Assembly (NCBI GenBank): GCA_040437565.1
Contig: JBDOQK010000019.1
Coordinates: 310,001 to 374,000 of the forward strand
DNA length: 64,000 nucleotides
Reading direction: 5' to 3'
Origin: Albugo candida
Lineage: Eukaryota
Below the pieces are notes generated by a model. That model had not been told where the DNA came from and ran no database searches. It worked only from the letters and a program-made list of their open reading frames with translations. The position numbers and the translations under genes are program-made. Below are positions 1-9,886 of the stretch, in pieces. Position 1 is the stretch's first letter, and each line of letters begins with the position of its first letter.

Positions 1-261
1 CTTGGTGCGTATTTGACGTGCTCAGGAGGCATTTGATCTTATATTGCATAGGGTGTTCATCATTATCGGTGTGAGCTTTTCAAGCAGGCAAAAGAGTCCT
101 TTCAGCAGGCAATTTCGCTAATTGGTCGGTCACCTCAGAATTGAGATGATGATACTACTGATCATGAACTAGATTGTCATCCATTCCTGAAGAAGCAATA
201 TGGATCAAGAATCAAGCAGCAACATCAGGCTATCATCGCAAAAATTGCACAACAATCGTAA
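1..261 (+). CDS. Possible 3' exons of a gene entering from the left (TPR-like helix)
   Basis: After acceptor-like 'gcatag' at ~51 the frame reads GVHHYRCELFKQAKESFQQAISLI. A second putative exon ends ...HQAIIAKIAQQS* at 259-261. Splicing inferred by eye. Confidence 0.25.
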
Positions 262-301
262 TAAAGCGCAAATTGCCTTTATTCCTATAAAGTTGATTTT
301 C

Positions 302-2376
302 TCAAGCTTCAAATATGTCGGATGGCGCCTGGTGACCAACGCCGATCACGTGAGCCTTTGTGGCGTCCAAGTAGGTATCAATGCTCGGTAGATTTCCAAA
401 CTTTTCACCTCTCAGCACTTGAGAGGCCCATTTTCTCTCAGCATATTCACATATCTACATACAAAAGAGCATCAGCCTGAGCACGCCGTAGTTTGCTTCT
501 TAATGGACCTCCTTTATAGCTCTGCAAGAAAGCCCTGCTGCAGCTGATGAAAGTTTCTCAAGTTCTTCCTTTGACAAATGTTTAGCGTATCTATCGGCGA
601 GAAGTATACATAAAGATATCAATGGTCGATAGTAAAAGAAGTATATGTACCGATTGAAGACAGCTGTTCGGGCGATTTGATCTGGCAAATCGTATCGAAT
701 GCAGAGATCGAAACGGCTAAGTAGGGCAGCATCAAGGTCCTCTTTTCTGAAGAAATACAAACGAAGTATGGCCGATGTTAGAGCGATGCATACACTCTCT
801 TACCGATTGGTTGCACAAATAACGGTAATTTTCTCAGCAGACGCAAAGCCTTCTACTTTCTGCAGCAATACCGACAAGATCCTTCTCGAAGCCTCATGAA
901 TACCACCAGACCGATCGCCGGCTAAAGCATCAATCTTGAAAAAGATATTGCTCCTCGTCAGTACAAGACAAAGAAAGCACTATCAAAACGACGGGAATAC
1001 CTCATCAATGAATATAATGGCTCCTTCTAGCTGTTCGCACGCATCGAAAATCGCTGACATTTTCTTCTCGCTTTCTCCGTACCACTTGGATACGACGGCT
1101 TCAACGGGAATATGAATCAATGGTATTCCCGCTTGCTGAGCGATGATTCGAGCAGTCAGTGTTTTTCCGGTTCCAGGAGGTCCTTCAAATAGGACGGCGC
1201 GAGGTCGATTACTTTCGTAACGGCAACGTGTATTTCTTGCAATTTGATCGTACAAGTCTGGATTTTGCAACGCCAACACAATAGTATCCTCGATTTCTTT
1301 TTTCACATCATTATAGCCAGCCTATGCGTAGCAAATTAGAGCTTGTATATATGTTCAAGATGATCATGGCCAAAGATCAAGGTACCAAGCTGTCCCAATT
1401 TAGCGCGCTTTCGTCTTCTGATTTCGAATTATAAACTTCGAGTCCAAGAGACTGCAATTGTTCAATAGCGCTTTCTTTCGACTTTAACCCAGATTCTTGC
1501 TTTTGATGTCGAGGATGCACTCTTGAACGTAACATCGACTCGCGCTTGAATGCTGCCACGTTTTGATCAGAGAACAATGCTTTATAGGCATCCACAACCG
1601 CATTAATTTCAGCACTGGACAAGAATTCGTCTCTGTAGAAAACAAAGGTAGATTCTAAAATTGTACCACTACGAATATTGGGAAGCATATGGAATGAACC
1701 ATTTCCATTACATAGAATGAAATTCAGAAATGGAGGATGTGAATTCTTCGCACTCCCATTTTCACTCGCTTGGACTTCAATTGAGATAGCCGCATCCGAA
1801 TTTTGCAATGATGCCACAAATTCTCCCAGTATCAAAGGTGTTTGTATGAAAGAGGGACAATTGAACGATATACGTAGGGTCGGAATACCGTTTGGTGCAT
1901 TCATCCGTGTAATACTAAGCTTTGGGATCGGATAATGAGGTGGAAGTTGGTCACTTTGTGACAACTTGTTTCGGAATTCTGTCAACTCGCTCCGTAACTG
2001 TTCTAGCGTTCTTACATATTTACTTTCCTGATATAGAAAGGTTAGGTCCGATTGGGAAACAAGATACACATGCACATGCCTTATCGTTATCGTCAGTGGG
2101 TGAGTAGGATTCCAAAAAAACGACGTTTTCTTGTTTCAAATTGTATATACTAACTCCAGCAACTGTGACAGCAGCTGTGATCGAGCTCAACCAGTAAGCT
2201 CGATGTTTGTTGAATGATATTGGTGTCAGCGCTAGATTGCATAATTTTTGATTCTAACAGAATATGAAAATAGCACAAACATATTTGATGATATTAAGCA
2301 ATGCAACTACCGCACGAAAGCAATGGCTACTGGATTGATGCAATCGCGACCAAAGAATTTGAGCTAAACTGCGCAT
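302..2376 (-). CDS. Multi-exon single-AAA-domain ATPase (CDC48/proteasome-related AAA family), possibly mitochondrial
   Basis: Walker A GPPGTGKT in RPRAVLFEGPPGTGKT, pore loop SKWYGESE, Walker B IIFIDE, SRH-like LDAALLSRFD. ORFs 1377-2075, 983-1306 and 500-760 join through GT-AG introns. Last exon ICEYAERKWAS...DIFEA* stops at 302. Putative start MRSLAQILWSRLHQSS (2376) resembles a transit peptide. Confidence 0.85.
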
Positions 2377-4384
2377 AATGTCTCGTAACGATATCGGTAC
2401 TTCAGTTCCTACCGGTAGACATTGTCATTACCCTGTTAGTCTCGATCGATTTGACAAGGTCTTAAACATTCACAATGATGCAAGTTCGTTTATCTTTGAT
2501 CAATATGGNNNNNNNNNNNNNNNNNNNNNNNNNNNNNNNNNNNNNNNNNNNNNNNNNNNNNNNNNNNNNNNNNNNNNNNNNNNNNNNNNNNNNNNNNNNN
2601 NNNNNNNNTTCGTTTATCTTTGATCAATATGGCTATAACAAAGAATTTTCTTGGAAGGCTACGACCACCATTTTTGCGATTTGCACTGCATTTAGTATAA
2701 GTAAAAGTCAGCTACAGCCGTTACTTTTGCAGTAGGATTCAAATTAGCTCCGATGTACACATTTGAGCATGCTTGGTTGCTCAAGCGCAAAAAGGCAAAG
2801 CACACTCATCCGGGGGTGAAGCCACGGATATTTAAAGACTGAGGAAAAAGTTTGTTAGACAAATTTAATGCATCGGCTTGTCTGGTCTGCAAATACAAGT
2901 CGATTGGTTATTCATACTGTCCTAATCTGAACTGATGCAACTCTTCCGATTTGTTACAAAAATAATATGCACTTGATCATCAACGTGGTCACCATTAGGA
3001 TTAGCACGTAGTAAATGCAAACTTCTGATAGGAGACTGCTTTTATATCCAAGTAGGAAAAACATATTCGTGATGCTTATAGTCCAAGTGGGCTTCCAACT
3101 TGAGCTAAATGATGATTTGCTGTACTCTCAAATACTATAACTGTCATTCGAGGTGCCGTTTAATTTGGGTGGAGCAAATTCGCTCAGCTTTCGTCGTTTG
3201 TAAGACACCATATCGCATATTAGGTATAAAACACACTCTAGAGAATCTGTTTACGATTATTATGATGCATGCGAGTTTTCTAGCCTTTATGAGATAAAAG
3301 GGATGCGTTGTCGTCATGCTTTCGACAGCGGTAGTACAATTGACGGATACATCTTGTTTTCGCGTTCTTCAATTCGCATACAGGAAAACTCACGATTCTG
3401 TATGGCTCAAGGAAGAATTGCTTGACAGGACACTCAAGATACCTATGTCGGTACTGCCAGTGCACGTAAAATAGTATCGATCATCTAAGGCGTCCGCGGA
3501 AACTTCTCCACACACTGCGTGCATGTTTGCTACTTCATGCTCGTTCGGTTGCCTGAAGTAACGCTGTGATAAGACGTCGGCTACGAGCCTTTATCGGTAG
3601 TACGTCGAACTTCTTGCAACTTGCACTGATGCTTGGTGCAAGGACGACACGAATTCTGTCGAGATAAAAATCTAATTGCGAGGAGAGTACTGACGATGTT
3701 AATGTAATAACAACTGTCGTCACTGTGAGTCACTACCACGTCCACTTCACACTGATCCTACAACCGAACTTGCTATGTCTAGTATTCTACTGTTGATTTT
3801 TTTGTGTACTACTAGTGTATTTCTTTTTCTTATTATCACACGAGGAGTGATATTACCTGACGTGATGTCACTCGAATCATAACGCCAAGAGATATTCAGA
3901 GCTTGAAAGTGCCTCTCGATAGGAGCTGACTATGAAGAAACTGGTTCACGATCTCGTGTTTGATACGATTGAAGACTTTTAGCCTAAAACCTTGAATCAT
4001 CGTGTTTTAGAGGCTGCAACAGCTCAATATCGCATAGATTATATATAGTTAGAACCGCATTTTAGTTAAGTCTTTGAGAGACTATAAGCTAGGTCGAGAA
4101 CATTGCCAGAGTCGACCAAGGCGAATATTCGGTTCATCACTTGAATCATACGAGAACTCTAGAAAACAATTTTTTCGTCTCCCAGGTAAATCTTGTCGTC
4201 GCGTGCCGATCGAAAATGTTAAATAATATGGGAGATAGTGAGAAGGAACCTGCGGGTGATTAAATAGGAGTATAGGGATAAGTATGGTAATGTAATGGGT
4301 GCTCTCACTATTTTTTAGAGCGACTGAGCTGATCCATACAAAGATTTCAAAAAAATCTCCTGAAATCGATATTAGTTTCATTCA

Positions 4385-5140
4385 AGACTGACAACGAGAT
4401 GGCGATAGCGATCTAGCAAATGCGAATAGTTCATCTCCACGCATGAATTGCCTTGGACCACAGCCTCAGTCGGTAATCAATTTGCTGTACACGGAAGGAT
4501 CAATATCCCAACCACGCATATCTAGACCGATCTTGTTGCTTACTAATGAGTAAAAAGTTTTTTTTAGAGTGCTAGTGCCTTGATCGAATTAGATTATACC
4601 ACAATTCGCTTAGGTGGAGCAAAATGTCTCCGTGAGATGACGGTCTATGTATCATCACGACAGGCGCCTCGTAGACATACAAAGCTTGGCGCTCGTCACG
4701 TGAAAAGAAGCGTATGTGAGTTTCATGAATTTTGAGACAGCTTATGACCGAGTCAATTCCGACGTGAATTCTTCATGTTTGAAAAAAATCAGCGTCAGGA
4801 AGTATTGTATCGCTTGGTACACCTTTTGGACACCCACACAACGGCGTAGTTGATAATTGAGGAAATTATCGAGCCGACCTTTGCATCACAACGTGATTGA
4901 AACAAAGCGATCCCTCTTTGAGCATTCGAATTTGTGGTAACGATCAAGCCTTTGAGATTTTTATCACGCCAGCATGAAGACACGGGATATAGATCAACAC
5001 CGACAATTCAGTAATTGAAGTGTTGATTTACGGACCATCCGACGCTGGCTTCGGAAACTCCAGATATAGTTTTGATGCGATACGAACTCGTCCGAGTCTC
5101 TTTTAGAGGATCTGGTGCCTGACTTGACTTGACCAAATCG
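4385..5140 (+). mobile_element. Heavily degenerate non-LTR (LINE, L1/Tx1-type) reverse transcriptase remnant
   Basis: Decayed RT motifs in canonical order: SVINLLYTEG, RPILLLTNE*KVFFRVL (~4524; cf. RPISLLN.DYK), NFETAYDRV (~4728; cf. DFEKAYDRV), LKQSDP (~4900; cf. RQGDPLS), FVVTIKPL, FTDHPTL (cf. FADD), GSGA*LDLTKS. Contains stops and frameshifts. Confidence 0.75.
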
Positions 5141-5505
5141 TCTTTGCTATCGTTGGATCAGATGTTTCATGTCCGTGAACATCTAGTCTGATCATGATGG
5201 GTCCGGACGATTAGGTCAAGTGCTTGAGCATAAATGAATTGAATCTTCAGTGCGACCTAATCAACCGCACTTCGTCTCTCAAGACCGCCATTATTGAATA
5301 GCTCCTCATCTCGTTTTCGTGTCGGATAGTGGTCAACAAAGGTGATGTCTACTATGGATGCGCCCATGTAACGTTTATGTCATACGTAACAGCTCCCTAG
5401 CGTCAACAGGTGCGCAGGAAGCACGGCAAAATTATCCAACATACATTATCCACTTTAGAGGGTCCTTTATTGCGACTCTGCCAGTACTTGTAGTATCCTC
5501 GCAAA

Positions 5506-5531
5506 ATGGTATCGATCATCACACATGCACA
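5506..5531 (+). CDS. UMP1: Start (ATG micro-exon plus beginning of intron 1) of a second UMP1/POMP copy running into the gap
   Basis: 'cctcgcaaaATG|gtatcgatcatcacacatgcaca' is the exact reverse complement of the UMP1 start at 24488. The remainder would lie in the N gap 5532-5631. Confidence 0.5.
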
Positions 5532-5746
5532 NNNNNNNNNNNNNNNNNNNNNNNNNNNNNNNNNNNNNNNNNNNNNNNNNNNNNNNNNNNNNNNNNNNNN
5601 NNNNNNNNNNNNNNNNNNNNNNNNNNNNNNNTACAGAAATGTCAGCTAGAGATTGGCGGACGAAAATTACTCGAGCGAAGCTTTTCGAGCGAGATTTTTC
5701 GTTCTCATGTCCATCATGCAAGACGCAGCATCGACAACAAAGACGG

Positions 5747-8700
5747 CTACGGTGATATTGCTTCTTTCAAAGCAAGACAATGCAGATCCTCATGGTTTTC
5801 GGAGGATGCACAAGTTGAAGCATCAACACCGTGGTCTTTTAAGAAACGCCGTATTCCATCCGTGGAGAGCAATGAACACAGTACATTGAGCTGCTCTTGT
5901 TCATTGTTTATGCTCTCAAGCTCAGAACGTTCTTGTTGCTTTCTTTTCAAAATTGGCTTGCGAGATGTAGTGGACTGCTTTGGTGCGCTGAAGGCTTCAT
6001 CAATTCTGCTATTGTCGCCGACACCAGCTTGACTCTCATAAGCTTCAAACATCCCCGCCACCGTTCGACGTGCTGACAGCTGCATAGTGGGATCGTTCGA
6101 GTCCAGTAATGTCTCCAGCTCATACGCATCTGTCTCCGTCAAATACCCACAATTTAGAAGATACTCAATCTGCGCATTCAATACCGACATACTGAACTCA
6201 GCCTGAGCGCCAGTGTCGCGATTAAGTGATTCTCTGCTCAAATCGACTGAAGATAAAGCCTTCTTGGAAACTAGCGCAGATGATTTGCCATCTCGTACCA
6301 GGTCGTCATCGGCTGCAGGTGGATCTCTCCTTCCGAGGAAATATGTAAAAGCCTGTGTGTATTGTTCCCACCATAAATCGCCAACATTTTCTGTTTGTTT
6401 TTGTGCGTTTTCTAACTCCATCCGCCGTAGTGATTTAATTGCTTCTGTGCTCACCCATTCCCAAAAAGACGCCCAAGATATATATTCATTCTCTTCCGAC
6501 TGCTGCAGCATAGATACCGCGCCTTCAAAGCCATCAGTTGACACCAAACGGGAAGCTTCATATAGTTTTGTCATGATCTTTATGCAATCCGAACGCTTGA
6601 TCAAACCAAGCTCTTGTGGGTCGTATTCATTGAAAAGAATTCGTGCGCCCATTTCTAATCGATTAATATGTTCTCGAGCCAGCTGCTGGTCCTGAAAGTA
6701 TTTACAGGTGTAATGCGAATAGACTTGAGAACCAGCCAGATAACCAAGCATGCCACCGATCACAGCAGCTCCTGTTGCGGCTACGAATCCAACTGGGCCG
6801 GTCAATCCGACTCCTGTCCATAGTGCCACTGAAGTAGAAATACCGTACGCCCCGATACCGGCTCCGGCAGCAGCAGAGGCACCACTGACGACATGTTGCC
6901 CAGTACGTAAGCGGAACTCATTCATAATAAGCTGCTCACTCGCTTCAGAAAGTATTCCCAATTGCTTCCGTTCCATGTGTTTTTGGCGATAATCATAGTA
7001 TTCTTTACCAACATCCACGAGTATGGAAGCAATTGCAAGAGGAGCAGCTGTACCGCGGAATGCGGACGTGCGTGCGACACCTTTGGCGAGTAGAATTCCT
7101 CCAGTAGCACGCAATCCACTATCGAGAGCGCCTAATTTTCCAGCTCCAACAAGATTCTTCAAAAGTTCGTGATTATCAGGTCCTTGACTAAGACCAAAAT
7201 GCTGAATCACTCGCTCGGATAGCAGCATTCGCTTACAGTCAAGCTTTTGAAAACATTTCGCTACTGCCGATTCTGCTCCTCGCGTCACAAAATGCTTGTG
7301 CACATACGCTACCGTATCGCCAAGCTCAAAAATTTGAATCTTCACGATCGATTTTGTGGTGATCCATTCCATGATTCGACCAAGCCCAAATGGGGTCGAT
7401 ACAGCAGCTCCTACAGGGAGTTCATTGCACGGTTGTGATGATTGAGTTGCTTTCTGTGGATTCTCTTCATCGAAATTAATGCAAACAGCCTCAGCGAGTG
7501 CTACACAATCGAAGAATTCTTCCTCTGCCATCGCTTCTTGCGTCGCACTTGTTAACGTTGTGGCGCAATCGTAGAATTCTTCAACCAAATGATCATCCGC
7601 TTCTTCCTCATCAAGATAGCATGAAGCCTCGGTCCGATCTAAACCCGTCTGAAGTTTTCCGCAGCCATCCTCATCACACAGCAACTTTCCACTATCTTCC
7701 AGAGTATCAGCGCTTGCAGCCGCAACTTTAGCCCCTCGAGGAGGCTGCCGCTGCTTAGTCAATCTGTTCTTTGCATCGTCAATAGCTAATTTTGCTCGTT
7801 TCTCTTGATGATGTTCCTGGAGCATACATATCAAGAATTCCGCTGGCATGGTCCGAACCGTTTCTGCTTGTTTGTAGCGCTTATAACTATCTGAGTAATG
7901 TGACCACGCATTCACTGCTAATGCAACACTTGCTCCAACGACAACAGCACCTCCAACGATAGAAGCCGTGCGAACTTTTGCACCCGAATTCAGTTTGGAC
8001 GGCGCTGCGACGTCACCTGGACGAATCTCATCTGGACGAATGTACATCACACGCTCCTGTTCGGTAATCTTGCGCACGATACGAATTCGACCGGGAGCAA
8101 AAATATTCCGATGATTATCAGCAATGAGCCCCTGACTGTGTTGCACTTTCGACTTTCTAACTAAATCAGCTCGCTGTCCTGCTGCAGTAGAACTTGATGC
8201 ATGGAGTTGGTTTGCGACTTTATTAAGTGCAGCGGAAGCGTTGTGATACACATTACGGAAAGTGTTGATTGCTTCGTCCAAAGTAACTCCATGAACAGTT
8301 CCATGACGCATAAATTCTTCCTTCAAACTCACCCCTTGGTCTAGATGTTCATCATACGCTTTTCTCGTGACCGGATCAGAAAGAACTTCGTACGATTCTG
8401 CCAAAAGCTTAAAAGCTTCTTCGGCGACTTGGCGATCTTGCGGGCGAAAGTTGGCTGCATTCCAGCGATCCGGATGCCATGTTAGTGCCAGAGAGCGGTA
8501 AGCTGAGCGGATTTGCCGACTTGACGCGTCGCGAGGCAGCTGTAGGCGTTCATAATAATTCATGCTTTTTTGAACACGTATGAAAGCTGTCCTTTTGGAT
8601 ATACTATCGAGGTAAGCGTTGATAGAGTGCTGAAGCACACAATCGCCGCTAAAAGGTGTCCTTGCGCTTTCGGATTCAAGTTCGTCGAGAATAATGGACG

Positions 8701-9886
8701 GAGAAGCACTGGAAAATGTCTTACTAGTATCTTTGCGAAGAAATATATACGTTCCACACGGTGCGTACTGATAGTCAGCACCAGCAATCAAATTGTGAGA
8801 CCGAAGTTTTTCGAACGTTGACTGAAGCAATCGGAAGCTCATGGTCAAGTATGCAGAAGTTGCCGTCGGCCCAAATTTTCCCCCGTTGTCTGCACTAGTG
8901 CTCAACAAGTACTGCATACGACCTGGTAGTAGTCGAAGTAGGCTTCCTGTTGCTTTGGCAATGGTGAGAAATCGCTCACTTGTCTTGCAGAGCATGGCAG
9001 CAGACTGAGCGATATTCAGTATGCTTGGAAGACAATCCATTTCGTTCACGAAGGTGATCGCATGACTGCTTGCGTTCAATGCTACTAAGAAATCATGAAG
9101 TTCGACTGAGCCGGCATAAGGGGATCCAAATCCGACTGAATACACATTTAGATCAGTGGCAGTCTCTCCAGTACTTTTTTGTGAAAAGGCTTTAAAAACA
9201 TCGCTGGTAGATGAAACTCTTCCAACTTCACGAGCGTTGCCAACTATATTCTTCTTTTTGGCTTCAGCGTCTAGTTCGGTAAGTGCGTTTCTGTGAGACC
9301 CATTCACGAGTGGATGTATCTGATACAGAAGCTCTGCAAGCATCAAATGCGCCATACTCCCGGCGACCGAATGACCGCAAATAATCAGCAATTTTTGATT
9401 GGCATGAGCTAAGGTATATGTATCCAGCAGCGTCTTGATTTGACTTTTAGCTTGTCTCCAGAATGGTAAATGAATTCTTGCGCCACCAAAGCGATAGATA
9501 TATGGAAAAGATAGCGGTACAGCAGATCCTAGTATAGTGTGCACCATTTCTCGACTAGTATACCTCATATGCATCACGAAGAAAAATGCTTCATCACTTT
9601 CGAAAATCATACAATTGGAATTCGACTGATACACTTTGAGCTTGCAATTGTCTGGTTTAATTGGAAGGCTTTCTAGTATCACGTCTACTTGCGGCTGCAA
9701 ACTTGTCGGATTGTCTGGTAGAAGTGTATCTTCGGTCGATAAAGAGCTGCTTATGCTACATGTAGCGGCAGCATGAAGAATGCATTTCTCGGGAAGGATG
9801 CAATTGATTGTATGCTCTTTTTTTCGTCGTGTAGACTTGACTTTCACTTCGGATTGCTCGGAAGCGGCTTCATGCTGAGATCCCAT
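5747..9886 (-). CDS. 1379-aa multidomain protein: class-3 lipase, J domain (DnaJ), FFAT-like motifs, Gly-rich hydrophobic segments, EF-hand-like pair
   Basis: Intronless ORF. Lipase GHSVAG, GFGSPYAG, FVNEMDCLP, QHSINAY. J domain NYYERLQL...LTWHPDR...YEVLSDPVTRKAYD. EEFYDC and EEEFFDC motifs. GxxxG-rich segments. LFNEYDPQELGLI...YISWASFWEW. Confidence 0.9.
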   Translation of the reverse strand: MGSQHEAASEQSEVKVKSTRRKKEHTINCILPEKCILHAAATCSISSSLSTEDTLLPDNPTSLQPQVDVILESLPIKPDNCKLKVYQSNSNCMIFESDEAFFFVMHMRYTSREMVHTILGSAVPLSFPYIYRFGGARIHLPFWRQAKSQIKTLLDTYTLAHANQKLLIICGHSVAGSMAHLMLAELLYQIHPLVNGSHRNALTELDAEAKKKNIVGNAREVGRVSSTSDVFKAFSQKSTGETATDLNVYSVGFGSPYAGSVELHDFLVALNASSHAITFVNEMDCLPSILNIAQSAAMLCKTSERFLTIAKATGSLLRLLPGRMQYLLSTSADNGGKFGPTATSAYLTMSFRLLQSTFEKLRSHNLIAGADYQYAPCGTYIFLRKDTSKTFSSASPSIILDELESESARTPFSGDCVLQHSINAYLDSISKRTAFIRVQKSMNYYERLQLPRDASSRQIRSAYRSLALTWHPDRWNAANFRPQDRQVAEEAFKLLAESYEVLSDPVTRKAYDEHLDQGVSLKEEFMRHGTVHGVTLDEAINTFRNVYHNASAALNKVANQLHASSSTAAGQRADLVRKSKVQHSQGLIADNHRNIFAPGRIRIVRKITEQERVMYIRPDEIRPGDVAAPSKLNSGAKVRTASIVGGAVVVGASVALAVNAWSHYSDSYKRYKQAETVRTMPAEFLICMLQEHHQEKRAKLAIDDAKNRLTKQRQPPRGAKVAAASADTLEDSGKLLCDEDGCGKLQTGLDRTEASCYLDEEEADDHLVEEFYDCATTLTSATQEAMAEEEFFDCVALAEAVCINFDEENPQKATQSSQPCNELPVGAAVSTPFGLGRIMEWITTKSIVKIQIFELGDTVAYVHKHFVTRGAESAVAKCFQKLDCKRMLLSERVIQHFGLSQGPDNHELLKNLVGAGKLGALDSGLRATGGILLAKGVARTSAFRGTAAPLAIASILVDVGKEYYDYRQKHMERKQLGILSEASEQLIMNEFRLRTGQHVVSGASAAAGAGIGAYGISTSVALWTGVGLTGPVGFVAATGAAVIGGMLGYLAGSQVYSHYTCKYFQDQQLAREHINRLEMGARILFNEYDPQELGLIKRSDCIKIMTKLYEASRLVSTDGFEGAVSMLQQSEENEYISWASFWEWVSTEAIKSLRRMELENAQKQTENVGDLWWEQYTQAFTYFLGRRDPPAADDDLVRDGKSSALVSKKALSSVDLSRESLNRDTGAQAEFSMSVLNAQIEYLLNCGYLTETDAYELETLLDSNDPTMQLSARRTVAGMFEAYESQAGVGDNSRIDEAFSAPKQSTTSRKPILKRKQQERSELESINNEQEQLNVLCSLLSTDGIRRFLKDHGVDASTCASSENHEDLHCLALKEAISP

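Noticed and set aside
5358-6032. 224-aa plus-strand ORF (and mirror ORFs 23084-23828)
   Set aside because: Spans Ns and is antisense to the lipase-DnaJ C-terminus.
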